DNA of 63,336 nucleotides, the filler included, from Lenisia limosa (lineage: Eukaryota > Protista > Breviatea), in NCBI GenBank assembly GCA_001655205.1. It is 13 parts of 13 records of this genome, joined end to end, with 100 filler letters (N's around TTAATTAATTAA, not from the genome) between each part and the next. Parts side by side here need not be neighbours in the genome. Positions count along the whole stretch, not along the records: positions 22,767 to 34,254 come from LPNZ01005452.1; positions 34,355 to 35,873 come from LPNZ01010391.1; positions 35,974 to 39,025 come from LPNZ01003538.1; 10 more parts are not named here. One strand, 5' to 3'. Made by a program: the position numbers and the translations under genes. Positions 22,767-36,089 of the stretch are shown here, one piece after another (position 1 is the stretch's first letter; every line of letters begins with the position of its first letter). Under the pieces are notes generated by a model. That model searched no databases, had not been told where the DNA came from, and worked only from the letters and a program-made list of their open reading frames with translations.

Positions 22767-25700
22767 GCGCCTTCCATTGGACCTTCCGGCACGGGCTTCT
22801 TCTTAATAGTGGGGGGAGGGCCGCCCATCATGGGGTTGCGCATTGCGATGCCGCCGAGGGCAGCGAACTGGCCTTGGTTCAGCTTCCGCCTTGTAGGGGT
22901 CGTGCGTTTGGGCTGTTCGGTTACATGGGGGTTGAAGGCAACACAAAGAGGATCACAAAATCGTATTTTTACTAAATAAATTAAACAAACAAACAAAAAA
23001 AAATATCCCCCCACCTCCTCCGTCTTCGGCTCATCATCATCAATACTCAAAGGCTTGCGAGCAGCACGGCGGCGAGGGCCGGGTTTCTCCTCGACCACCT
23101 CCTTCTTCTCTCCGAAAACGTCGTCAATGTCCATGCCTCCAACCTTCTTACGGCCGCGACGTGCAGGCTTCTTCACTTTCGATTCTTCCTCCTCCTCAAT
23201 CTTGACCTCCTTCTTGTCTTCCTTCTTCGGTTCGTCACCAAAGATCTCGTCATCATCGATCTTCTTCTTGCGGACCTTCCTTGTCTTCTTCTTGGGGGTG
23301 TCATTCAAATCTAAGTCAAGATCATCATTCACCTTTTCTTCTTTCTTCACTTCAACTTCCTTTTCTTTCACCTCTTTAACTTCTTTCTTCTCTTCTTTCA
23401 CCTCTTCAACTTTTTTCTTCTCTTCTTTCACCTCTTCAACCTTCTCAGGGATAGGTTCTTCCTTCTTCTCTTCTTTTGGTTCTTCAACTTCCTTCTTATC
23501 ATCACCAAAAAGATCGTCTTCATCAGTCTTCTTCTTCTTTGTCTTCTTTGTCTTCTTCTTTTTCTTAGGCTCATCATCAAGATCTAAATCATCATCTACC
23601 TTCTTTTCTTCCTTCTTCTCCTCAACTTCATCATCAAACAGATTATCATCAGCCTTCTTCTTAGTCTTCTTAGTCTTCTTCTTCTTTTTGGGTTCATCAT
23701 CAAAAGTAATCTCCTCCTCAACCTTCTTCTCTTCTCCTTTTGGGGTTTCTTTCTCTTCTTGGGGTTTTTCTTTTTCATCTTCACCAAACATCTTCTCTTC
23801 CTCCTTCTTTTCTTCCTTTTCTTCAACCTTTTCTTCCTTTTCCTCCTTCTCTTTTACAACCTTTTCCTCCTTCTTATCATCACCAAAAAGATCATCTTCA
23901 TCAGTCTTCTTCTTCTTTGTCTTCTTTGTCTTCTTCTTTGTCTTAGGCTCATCATCAAGATCTAAATCATCATCCACCTTCTTTTCTTCCTTCTCTTCCT
24001 CAACTTCATCATCAAACAGATTGTCATCAGCCTTCTTCTTAGTCTTCTTTGTCTTCTTCTTCTTCTTTTTGGGTTCATCATCAAAAGTAATCTCCTCCTC
24101 AACCTTCTTCTCTTCTCCTTTTGGGGTTTCTTTCTCTTCTTGGGGTTTTTCTTTTTCATCTTCACCAAACATCTTCTCTTCCCCCTTCTTTTCTTCCTTT
24201 TCTTCAACCTTTTCTTCAACCTTCTCTTCAGTCTTTTCTTCTACCTTTTCCTCCTTCTTATCATCACCAAAGATGTCGTCATCATCCACTACCTTCTTCT
24301 TTTTTGTTTTCTTCGTCTTCTTCTTTTTCTTAGGCTCATCATCAAGATCTAAATCATCATCAACTTTCTTCTCTTCCTTCTCTTCCTCAACCTTTTCTTC
24401 AACCTTTTCTTCCTTTTTCTCCTCCTTTTTCTCTTCTTCAACCTTTTCCACCTTCTTATCATCACCAAAGATGTCGTCATCATCCACTACCTTCTTCTTT
24501 TTTGTCTTCTTCGTCTTTTTCTTTTTCTTAGGCTCATCATCAAGATCTAAATCATCATCAACCTTCTTCTCTTCCTTCTCTTCCTCAACCTTTTCTTCAA
24601 CCTTTTCTTCCTTTTTCTCCTCCTTTTTCTCTTCTTCAACCTTTTCCACCTTCTTATCATCACCAAAGATGTCATCGTCATCCACCACCTTCTTCTTTTT
24701 TGTCTTCTTCGTCTTCTTCTTTTTCTTAGGCTCATCATCAAGATCTAAATCATCATCCACTTCCTTCTCTTCCTCAACCTTTTCTTCAACCTTCTCTTCC
24801 TCAACCTTTCCTTCAACCTTCTTGTCAGTCTTCTCTTCTTCAACCTTTTCCTCCTTCTTATCATCACCAAAGATGTCATCGTCANNNNNNNNNNNNNNNN
24901 NNNNNNNNNNNNNNNNNNNNNNNNNNNNNNNNNNNNNNNNNNNNNNNNNNNNNNNNNNNNNNNNNNNNNNNNNNNNNNNNNNNNNNNNNNNNNNNNNNNN
25001 NNNNNNNNNNNTTTCGTCTTCTTCTTTTTTTTAGGCTCATCATCAAGATCTAAATCATCATCAACCTTATTCTCTTCCTTCTCTTCCTCAACCTTTTCTT
25101 CAACCTTCTTTTCAGTCTTCTCTTCTTCAACCTTTTCCTCCTTCTTATCATCACCAAAGATGTCATCATCATCCAACTTCTTTGCTTTCTTCGTTTTCTT
25201 ACCCTTTTTAGTTTTCTTCTTTGGTTCGTCATCAAGACTATCATCAGCCTCCTCTGTTTTCTCTTTTTTGCCAAAGACATCATCATCATCTTCTTCCTTC
25301 TTTTCTTCCTTCTTCTTCTTTGTCTTCTTCCTCTTCTTTTTCGGCTCATCATCGAGATCATCGCCGTCTGACTCGATCTTCTTCGCTTTTTGTGGACTTT
25401 CAACAGCCTCATCATCGTCATCGTCAAACATAGACTTCTTTTCTTTCGTTTCTTTCTTTGGCGTTTTCTCCTTTGATCCAAAGATATCGTCTTCATCGTC
25501 TTCATCATCAAACATCGAATTCTTCTTTTCAACCTTTTTCTTTCCCTTCTTTTCCTTCTTTTCCTTTTTCTCCTTCTTCGGGGTGCCAATATCCGCAAAA
25601 AGATCATCATCATCGTCGTCATCTAAGATGCTCTTCTTCTTGGGCTTCTTCTCCTCCTTCTCCTCCTTTTCCGGTTTTGATTTTTCTCCGAAGATGTCGT

Positions 25701-27928
25701 CTTCTTCATCGTCATCGTCAAATATACTGGCCTTTTTCTCTTTCTTGGCGGGCTCAGGTTCCACCAACTGCGGTGCCAGGACGGGTTGATCATCCTCGGA
25801 TTCCGACCAGTCGTCATCAGAGTTCTTCTTCTCAACAGCGGCACCCTTGTTGTCCTCCTTCTCCCCAAAGAGATCATCGTCGTCATCATCGTCAAACATT
25901 GACTTCTTCTCCTTCTTCCCCTTCTTTCCTTTCTTTTCTTTCCTCTCCTTCTCTTTCTTAGGAGGGGCACTTCCGAAGATGTCTTCTTCCTCAGACTCAA
26001 ATCCAGCTCCGGTCTTCTCTTCGGATGGAGTTTCGGCAAAATCAAAGTCGTCTTCATCATCATCAAACATTGCCTTCTTCTCCTTCTTCTCCTTCTTAGC
26101 CTTCTTGCTCTTCTTCGGCTCCTCCACGGGTATCGGCGCAAGGGTCTGCTGTTCCCCTTCCGATTCGGACCAGTCATCGTCATCCTTCTTCTCTTCCTTC
26201 GGCTCCTCCATTGCCTCATTCTCAGCAGTCTTAGCCTCTCTCTTTGCCTTGCGCGCGGCCTTTTTCTCGCGTTTGGCTTGGCGTGCCTCCTTGCGAGCTT
26301 TTTTGGCCATTTTAGCGTCCTCCTTTGTCTCTTCTGGTTCACTGTCGTCAAAGAGGGCTTCCGCTTCAGCGTCGCCACTTTCGCCATCCTCCCCGCTACA
26401 AATCAATTATTGCAATCATGACAGCCCTCCACTTTGATTGTGCTAATGGTCTCACTTCTCATTACAGCGCTTAAATTACACAAAAGACGCACTCACCTTG
26501 GGGATGCGGCGATAATGTCCTTTTCCTCCTCCTGCTGCTTCTTCAAGCGATCGGCAGCAGTTTCCATTTTGACTGCGGCCATACCAGCGTTAAAAGCGTT
26601 CTAAACCAAAGTCAAAGGATGTGAGGAAAGTAATAAGTTACAGCAGACGACAACAGAAAAGATGAAGCAAAATAGTATCAGGTATCAGTCTATCCTCAAA
26701 CTTGGAATCTGGGAATGAGCAGTTTTTCCATTTCGAGATCCTGGTCCTCTGGGGACTTCTGTGCCTCCGGAGTTTCAGTCTCTTCCGTCGGCTTGACATC
26801 CATGGTTTCGTCATACACTCGCTACATTGTCAATCCAAGCCGCGCTGAGAACAGCCTCACGTTTTCAATGAACTGGGTGTTGGAGAGAAGCATAAAACGG
26901 TTGAAGGTGTTGTGCATCTTCAGCTCGCAGGTTTGGGAGGCATATAGAAGGGAATCAACCTGTTGATTATGAATTGGTTATTTTGAAAGAAAACAAAGTG
27001 CTTCACTTCCATTGTCAAAAATATGATATCTGAATTCGCAATAAAACCTTGGCAAAAAATTGATATTTTATAGTTCTTGAAGTGGAAGCGTCTTATAAAA
27101 CAGAAAAGCCCCATATACGTGAAGAGATGAAATATATTGATATTTACATTGATAGTAAAGTAGATACGATATTGTATTATATTATATCGATATATGATAG
27201 GATATTAAATAATATATATCCATATCATACTAATTCCAATTATTACTAAAAGCACATCATATTTTGAATATCATAGTCAAAATGTTATTGCATGTAAATT
27301 GTAAAAAAAGATCCTTTTTCTTTCGCGCGCTCCTCACTCCATACCTGTTCAGCAACCTCTCGCGTTCTTTCAACAAGCCGTCCACTCAAGTCTTGGAGAT
27401 AGTTGAGGAACTAGTGGATTATGAAACAAACTGAACAAGAGTTAATATCCTAAGGTTGTCATTTCAATTCGGGGGAGGGGAGCCGATAACATACCCCGGC
27501 ATCAGAAGAGAGAGTCCATGACCCGTTGACTCCTTCGCGAAGCTCTTCCATTGTCCAGACCTGACTATCAGACTCAACCACCAGGTATTTTACAAGCATC
27601 ATTCTTCTTCAAGATGAAAAAAATTGACCAAAAAGAGGGATCCATTCCTTTCCCCCTTGGTTAACATGATGGAGAGATATTGTTAGGACCAGCAAACCTG
27701 TTTGTGGCGAGGTGGACCCGTCTCTTCAGGTGGAGCTGGAGCATGGCCTTCATCATCAGAGTCAGAAGAGTCCTTGCTGCTATCGGACTCGGAATCCGAA
27801 GAGACATCACTACTTGATTCTGAAAGGTCGGAATCTTCTTGATCTTTTGGTGAATCACTTTCACTCTCTCTTTCGTCAACAGATTGGTCCTCGTCACTCC
27901 CATCTGTGAAAAAGTCTTCTTCACCCAT
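22767..27928 (-). CDS. WASHC2: WASH complex subunit FAM21 with expanded acidic/basic repeat tail; 3'-truncated
   Basis: Exons give VWTMEELREGVNGSWTLSSDAG, FLNYLQDLSGRLVERTREVAEQ, VDSLLYASQTCELKMHNTFNRFMLLSNTQFIEN|RVYDET and LLIPRFQ, collinear with the FAM21 N-terminal domain. The tail has many (L/I/M)F-acidic-LF (LFa-like) motifs. Confidence 0.88.
23500..25160 (-). repeat. Coding tandem repeats in the FAM21 tail: 198 bp (66 aa) units and 378-387 bp higher-order units
   Basis: CAAGATCTAAATCATC recurs at 23578, 23956, 24343, 24541 and 24739 (spacings 378, 387, 198, 198), and again near 25044. Confidence 0.9.
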
Positions 27929-28249
27929 TGTGTATTTTCCTTAGCAAATGCGTATTTCCACTATAAATCGTTGTGTTTCCCTTCAGAATGTTGCATTTCA
28001 CGAAGATTCCTGAATTTTTTTTTGGACATTTATATGATTACTTTTGATAACTATTTTTAAAAAAATTGAAAAAGCCAACAGCCGTAATATGATAAAGTAA
28101 TAATGTATTTTGGCTTTATGCATAAATAAAGACTAATCATTGGGCATTTGGACGGCTTTATCTCTTGGAAAATTTGTTTTATAACAGCACAACTTTGAGT
28201 GGCTTTCCTCTGCTAGTCTTCGATTTATTTAGTTTTTAAAATGATTATT

Positions 28250-31000
28250 GATGGTTATGAGAAGATTCTGGTTTGTTCACACACTTAGGAATTTTCCTCT
28301 CACATTTCAGAAACTTCCTGTAAGAGAGAATGTGAAGCTTCAGCTGTTTTTTAATTCTAATGTTTATAGTTTCCTCTTCCTAAGCAATTGTCCCTCCCAA
28401 CACTCATTAATGATCTTGAAAGGGAAGAAACTATTGCAAATTCCAGGCCTATTTATCCAAACTACATTCCTCCATTGTAAGCTCAGAACTCAGTGGGAGC
28501 TAACCCCAACTAGGAACTACGTTTTCAGACTTGATGAGCAATCTGTCCAGGTAGCTACTAACGGCATTAATAACCTTTTTCGAATAATGAGTGTTGAGTG
28601 AAACGTAATCTGTGTTGTGTTGGTGTCATCTGACTGTTGTCTAGTTTTAACGAGTGTTGCTCATAATTGTTGATACTTAGTTTTTTTTTTTTTTTTNNNN
28701 NNNNNNNNNNNNNNNNNNNNNNNNNNNNNNNNNNNNNNNNNNNNNNNNNNNNNNNNNNNNNNNNNNNNNNNNNNNNNNNNNNNNNNNNNNNNNNNNNNNN
28801 NNNNNNNNNNNNNNNNNNNNNNNNNNNNNNNNNNNNNNNNNNNNNNNNNNNNNNNNNNNNNNNNNNNNNNCGGACCAGCGGACCTCTCCAAGCCACCATA
28901 CAACTGGGTCAATTTCCTTAACGAAGCCAACCCGGTGAGTGTGGCATTAATATCAACAAACCATCTTCAGGTTTTTAGTAAAATACATAATACTATATAA
29001 TCTGGAGAAATACACAGGGATAGGAAAACACAAAGTTGTTTTGTAACGTTAAAGCATTATCGGCCGTGTCCTCCTCTGTTTCCAGTTCCCGCAGGCCTGC
29101 ATTTTGCCGTACCTTTTCCCGAAAATAACCTTATTGTTCACCTCCAGACGTTCAAAGTTTGTGGGATTTTGGGAGTATGGTCTGCTGGCATTGCTTGGTT
29201 GTTTACTTCTTCTACATACATAGTAGTATATAGTATATCATATGTATCATGTGATTGGTTTTTTGCAAATGGAGCTGATTAAAAACTTTTTTGTTTCATG
29301 GTTTACTCCTTCGATTTACAAAAGTAGGACTTGGCAAGAACAAGTGGAAGAAGGAAATACCGAGAAGAAGATGAAGAACTTCTTCCGTTTCAAACAGATT
29401 ATTCATATCATGGTCTTATGTATAGGTGGGAGATTGTTTTGTTTGAGTTGATGATATATCTTGGCTTATCATCTGTTTAGATATGTGTTAACTGAAAAAG
29501 ACCCGTCTGGAAAAGAGAGCACTGTTATACTTGTGGAAGACTTTTCAGCATCCTCAACAATATCAAATGTGCGTGGGATTAGGGTGGTATGGAACTTGGG
29601 AAAGAACAAACTTTCTCTTGAAAATATTTTTTGCTTTGTTGAAATTAATTGGCTCTAGGCATTTAGCATGCTCAATAAGATGAGAGGAGCAAGTGCCTTT
29701 GAAGAAAATGTGGTCAAAAGATCTCAGTACTTATGTTTGATAACGTAAAACTTATATTTTTAGTACAAGGGCAAGTTCATTTTCTTTTCAGACGACCAGA
29801 GATCTACTCCATTTGTAGACAAATGGCGAGAGTGAGAAGGGATAGCAGATAGTTGATATTATCCATTCTACTCTGACGAAATTGCAGTCTGCGGGCTTTA
29901 TACTTCCCTCAGTCGAAGGAGGCTTCTACGGGCACCTTACTGGGCCAACAAGGTTATACCCGGGACACATCCCGATTTTCGTACCATTTATTAAAAAACA
30001 TGAGGTGTTTTGGGGCTGAATTGGATGATACTTTCCCCAATTGTCTGATTTCTTAACCTCCAAGAATCGTGTCGAATTTGAGCACCAAGAAAAAGTGGAA
30101 CCGGTTAGGGGAGGGGTTATTGCATGATATAAACAGTAAAAATATAATACTGCTCTTTATGCAAGTCGTTTCTGCAGTCAAAGTGTGATGAAAGTCAATA
30201 GTGCTTTGCTTTGCTTGTTGCTGAGAAAATTGCTCAAACTCTTTGTCTGGGTAGAGTGCCCATAACTTGGCCGTTAATATTGCTTTCATATTCTATTTCT
30301 CCTACCGAGATGGGTGACCCAAATGCTTGAACTCATTTTAACTGATTAGTCTGTCAATATTTTGGCTGCAACCCAAGTAGAAGTAAGGGGGAAGTGATAC
30401 GTTTTTTTCAATGTAATGACATGCGTTATACTTGAATAAGAAATGAAATATGAAGAAAACAGATGCAGTTCCTGATGTCATATGCTGGGTTTTTTTTTTC
30501 TAAGATTGCTAATGGTTAATTGACATAACAGTCGGCGTCAACAGAAGCATTCCCTGAAATCCCTGCACCGCTCCCGCTAGGTAAGTTAATAGAAGGTGTA
30601 TGTAACAGAATAATGACTCATGGTAATAACGTTTATATAACATACTCATTAGTTTTGTTTGTCACTTCTCCAGAAATTGAAAACCATTCTCTACCATCCA
30701 TGCTGTCTCAAGGTAAGCTTTGGTACATACTGTATATATATGTACATAATATATGCTAGTTAGTGTGTGTTAAGCAAACAGTATTATAATATTCTTTTTT
30801 AAAATTGAATAATCTGAAAGCCTAAAAAAGAAAGTGATGAATGTTTTTTTTTTGCCTCTGATGAAACATGAGATTTTACTTTGGACCCTCAGGTACTCCG
30901 TTACCACTTGCTAATCCGAATGAAGCAATCGCGTCCGGTCCGGCTGCACTGTAAGCGGCTGTAAACCAGGCTGAAAAACATACAATATCAGATGTTCTTT
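28250..31000 (+). CDS. One or two hypothetical spliced proteins
   Basis: Short AG/GT-bounded open blocks (TQWELTPTRNYVFRLDEQSVQ; DLSKPPYNWVNFLNEANP; SAGFILPSVEGGFYGHLTGPTRLYPGHIPIF; SASTEAFPEIPAPLPL). No family recognised. Confidence 0.35.
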
Positions 31001-31640
31001 GTTCAACAAAGCATCAGCTTCATTTCAAGACTCTCATTCTGACAGGCTGGCTGCGTTTTTGAGAAACTCCCCTGAGCCTTGAAAAAGTGTCTTTCAACGG
31101 ATGCTCTTCGGCCTCATGCTCCAACCAGGGATTGTTGTATTTGATTGTTTTTGTGTTCTTCTATGTGGAATCTTTTGAGAATTGATGTTGTATTGTATTT
31201 TTGTATTGAAATAATTGTAAGCAGTTGAATTGTAATGTACTGAAGATGTATGAATTGGACGAGGTAGATATTTGGTAATTAGTAATTAGACAAGTAGGCG
31301 GCGTGCCACCAGTGTATACGTGTATACCAAGTGTATACCAAGTGTACAGCAAATGTACCGACCGATCAAACAGAATGAAGCCTCCTGGAATGAAGGCCCG
31401 AGATTGACTGGACAGTCCGGCGCCGCGGCTTATAAACAAAATTTGTTGCTCCGACTTTGAGACATTTAACACAGACCTTCTATCACGTTTCTTTACTACT
31501 GACGCAAATTGGAACGGGGAAAAGAGGCAAAAGGGAAACACGGAGAGATAGCCTCACAACTAACCTTTGTTTTTAGCAGCTAAGGATGTTCTCCTTCTCT
31601 TCATAGCTGATTCCTATATTTATTTACTAGCGAAATCGCT

Positions 31641-34190
31641 ATGACGGAGACCGTCAAAGATTTAACAAGCCAGGAACTCTTGAATCAAGCAGTTGTAAGT
31701 TTGATCATATCAGCTTGTGTTGTTAACGCATCAGGGTTTGAGGAGGGACATTGCGCAGCTTCAAGCTCGAATGTCTACATTTAGGAGAGGAAGGCAGAAT
31801 GACTACGAGTGGCTTGATGATGACCCCTTAGATGACATCGTAGGCAGGGCTGGATTTCCAAGGCCTTATTTCGGGCCATGATAGATTGGCTTAGTAAACG
31901 GGTTTTATTTTAACTTTTTAGCGATTGAAGCGCATCCGATCCGATACTATGGGCAGTTATGGAGGTAGGTTTTTGTCTTTCGATTAACTGGCAAATCATT
32001 TTTTGATGACAGCTTTTCACTACCGTGTAAGGCTAAGGATTTCGTGAAGCAATATTCGCTATTATTGGTATTGCAATGAGAAATGAAAAACAAGGTTTTA
32101 TCTGGCCGAAGCCGTCCACAGCATTACGCTTATAAGATAATATTAACCTAATTATTGATGATAGATAGCTGCTTTGGAGGGAAACAACCTTCTGTTTGTT
32201 CTGTTTTCTATGTGTATATTATACATAGTATCATATCTATCTATCTATCTAGTATTTATGTTTTCGTGACTTTACCATCCAGCTTTCTTTAAGGGAGAAA
32301 AACAAGGATTTTATTTAGAAGGTATCAAGCTTTTCAATACAAAACCCCAAAAGGTGGGTCATTTTGAGTAAAATTATCTATTGTCAAAAATTAAGCACAT
32401 TTCTCTTTCATGCATGACAATGTAGGGCCTCAATTTCCTATTTGAAAAAGACTGTTTGGATAAGACTAGCAAGGATACAGCGCAGTTTCTCCTCAATGAG
32501 CCTTCATTGTGCAAAAAGAAGATTGGAGAATTCATTGGAGACATGTGGGGGAGGGGGGTTACTGTGAAACTTGCACTCAGTTGCTTTCACTCGCACTCTC
32601 ATACAACTCAGATCTGATTTCAATAAGTCAGTTCGCAAGGCGTTTGTTGATGATTTCGACTTTAAGGGCTTTTCATTTGATGAGGCACTCAGGTAATGAC
32701 CAAAAGTGATGAATTCACTCACCAATATGGAGTGGTTGTTGCAATTTTTGTAAATATCATTACCATACCACTTTTCTCATCACTTCCAGAGCGTTTCTGT
32801 CCACCTTCTGTCTGCCTGGAGAGGCACAGATCATTGATCGCCTTGTCGAGGAATTTGCTCGAGGGTTCTTCTCAGCAAATCGTGATGCTTTTGAAGCTGA
32901 AGGTGAGAAAACACCCACCCCTTCTTTGAGCATCCTAAATCTTCTATCCCTCTGAATCCCATAGAAACGGCCTACATTCTTGCCTTCTCAACGATTATGT
33001 TGAATACGGACCAGCATAATCCAAATGTCAAGCGCCCAATGACTGTTGACGAATTTATCAGGAATAACCGAGGTAATTTTGTGATACTGATATGCTGTTC
33101 GAGTTTAAATATGATAGAGTATTGGTGAGAAATAAAACAAGGTTGTATCTGGCCGAAATTGTCCACACATCACGCTTATAAGAGATATTGGATTATAATT
33201 TCATTTTTATTCACCCAATCATTTGCCTTACAACTCTGTGTACACAGCTTTCTGCGTGCCTTCCCAGCATACATATATCATATCATATACTACTTGCTTT
33301 TCTTGATAACTCCTCAAAAAAAAAAAAAAAAAAAATATTGTGTTNNNNNNNNNNNNNNNNNNNNNNNNNNNNNNNNNNNNNNNNNNNNNNNNNNNNNNNN
33401 NNNNNNNAGACTTAATATCAATATCAGTGCATGAGCCTCACCGTTTTAGGTATTGATAAAAACGGAAAAGATCTTCCAAGGGCTTTTCTCGAGAACATTT
33501 ACAATAATATCAAAGCCAAAGTAAGAACAAGCAACTAGATCTTACAATTGTAACACATTCGAATACTTAACCATCAAGGAGTTCGACCTCCCCACAGATG
33601 CCAGTAAAACTGAAAATCCCCTGTTGACTTTCTTTACGGCCGAAAAAGAGGGGTGGTTGAGCGTGAGCGTCAACACTTCTAAAAAGAAAGTGTTTAGGAC
33701 ACGGTTTGCATTGTTCAATGTTGAGGGTTGTTCAATGAAATGCACTGTTTCTTTCAAAATCATCCATTGTACAGCAAACTACAGTCAATTGTATTTGCTA
33801 ACTTCCTTCTCTCACCTGTTTCTTTGAAATACCATGTGCTATGTACTATATAGCTATATGTACATAAGTATAACATAGTACGATGAGGTTACAGAATACT
33901 ATTCTCATTTTGTACAGGTTTTGGTAGATAGCCTCTTTCCTAATTCTGTCTTTAATATGATTAGGTGGTGTGTCCTCTCTCAAAAGCGACTCTTTTTCTT
34001 CAAATCACAATCTGTAAGAGGTGTTTTTGAGACTATCAGCTGTTACCACCAACAATTTTCACTGTCTACTATTGTTCTTTTTTGTTACAATTTAGTCACG
34101 AGACCCAATTGCCCTTGCCCCTATCACTGAATTCCAAATTTCCGCCTCTCTCCAGAAGTTCACCTTTGACCTCCTCCCCAGCGACTCCAC
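31641..34190 (+). CDS. Cytohesin/ARNO-like Arf GEF (Sec7 + PH), truncated by linker
   Basis: Exons GIKLFNTKPQK, LCKKKIGEFIGD, FDFKGFSFDEALR, FLSTFCLPGEAQIIDRLVEEFA, AYILAFSTIMLNTDQHNPNVKRPMTVDEFIRNNRG, DLPRAFLENIYNNIK (Sec7), then TFFTAEKEGWL and RWCVLSQKRLFFFK (PH). The start codon at 31641 is tentative. Confidence 0.9.
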
Positions 34191-34539
34191 GTATGTTGTT
34201 ATAAAGATTCTCCAATTGAACGATAATGGACATAGATAAATAGTCGTCAGCTTTNNNNNNNNNNNNNNNNNNNNNNNNNNNNNNNNNNNNNNNNNNNNTT
34301 AATTAATTAANNNNNNNNNNNNNNNNNNNNNNNNNNNNNNNNNNNNNNNNNNNNCCCCCCCCCCCCAACTTTTCAACCAGCAGCGCACACTCCACAACTA
34401 GTAATTTGGTTATCATGAGCGTGTCAGAGAGCCCATTGAGCTGAATAACCTAACCTCCCTACCTGAAACCCATTTTTTTTTATTATTATTATTATTAATT
34501 GTTGTTATTTCAATATTCATGTATGTTACAAGGACAGTT

Positions 34540-34862
34540 CCATTTTGGTGCTGACTCTTTAGGGAGGATTTGTGTGTGGAGTGCTTTCAGGCATCATCTT
34601 CCTGCCAACCATTCATTTTGGCTGTTTCAATCAGCTTCTGACTATGCTCGCACTCCCGGCGTTAATAATCTACATTGTCACACTCTCTGTTGTGAGTGGG
34701 TGTTTCAAAGATTGTGGTCCTCTGACCAATCTACAGTGTTATCTTCTCCTTTTTTTCGGTAACTATTTGAATGAAAAGTACTACCACAATCCCCACCCTT
34801 ACTGTTGTAGGTGTTCTTCGGCGGCACTGATGGCAACTCGTGGTGCGATACTTGTCAAAAGG
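34540..34862 (+). CDS. Membrane protein fragment
   Basis: Hydrophobic block GVLSGIIFLPTIHFGCFNQLLTMLALPALIIYIVTLSV, then exon VFFGGTDGNSWCDTCQK. Confidence 0.4.
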
Positions 34863-36089
34863 TGAGTGCACATGAAGGGCGTTGGTGTGCTTGTTTGGTA
34901 TAATGTCATCGGAAATGAAGATAACATTTCGATATCTTTTATTTTTCACTTTTAAAGATTAACTGTCTTGACATGTACTTCGATTGCGAGGCTGCGCTGA
35001 GTGCCCAAACAACTAATTCAACTTCTTAGACATGGTGTTTCTTTATTTTTTTTTTCGTTTTGCTGCCTTTTTGTTTGACTCTTTCTGTATATATTGTGAA
35101 GATACGTAATTTGCTTTTGCCCCATCAGATGGTGATTGACAGTATTCCCAAAGTGTGTCCTTGTAAGATGTTAATTCTGACTAAAGACCATTTAAAATTT
35201 TGTATTTTCAATTTGAACAACTTTCCAGTGCAAAAAATATATGAAATTACTCCTCAAGTGGTTTAAAATTGGCATACTTCACACGACGGTCTCCATCTTG
35301 AACTACAATATTAGTGGGGTGAGGTCAAGAATCTACAAAACGTTCCATACAACCTCTCTCACGAATATCAGTCATCGCGGAGATCCTCCTCAAAGAAATC
35401 TGGTTTGAAAGTCGAGGCATCATTTCAATGATATCAGACGCTGGGGGGGGAGTAAAACGAAGGAAATTTCGATGAAGAATATTGGCGNNNNNNNNNNNNN
35501 NNNNNNNNNNNNNNNNNNNNNNNNNNNNNNNNNNNNNNNNNNNNNNNNNNNNNNNNNNNNNNNNNNNNNNNNNNNNNNNNNNNNCACAACCAACGCTACA
35601 ACAAGAAAAAAGCCAGATGACAAAAAACACAAAAACAAAAACAAGCCCGAGCCAGCAGTTGAAGAGTCCTCACCACTGCTCGATCACCCAAAGGTCGAGG
35701 GGGGGGGGGNNNNNNNNNNCAATAAAAAAATTGGGTGTTCATAGAAAACACGGTTACAAAACTTGGCAACAATATAAAGCCATTTCCAAGGGATATTGGT
35801 TAATTCCGAGTGTTATCAGAGTATTGTGCCGCGCTGGTCAATTATTCCGCGAGTGGATATGAGGTGTCATAAANNNNNNNNNNNNNNNNNNNNNNNNNNN
35901 NNNNNNNNNNNNNNNNNTTAATTAATTAANNNNNNNNNNNNNNNNNNNNNNNNNNNNNNNNNNNNNNNNNNNNTTAGATTTGAAAGCTTTGCCAGGTCTA
36001 TATATTTTTTGTATTTGATCAACTCTATGAAAATTGGGTCCTAAAAACATGTAAATTGGAATGTTTATGATTATCTCATTTCCGCTAGT

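Noticed and set aside
23055-26437. Long plus-strand Ser/Phe-rich ORFs (659 aa, 209 aa, 196 aa)
   Set aside because: Antisense shadows of the K/E/D-rich FAM21 repeat exon.
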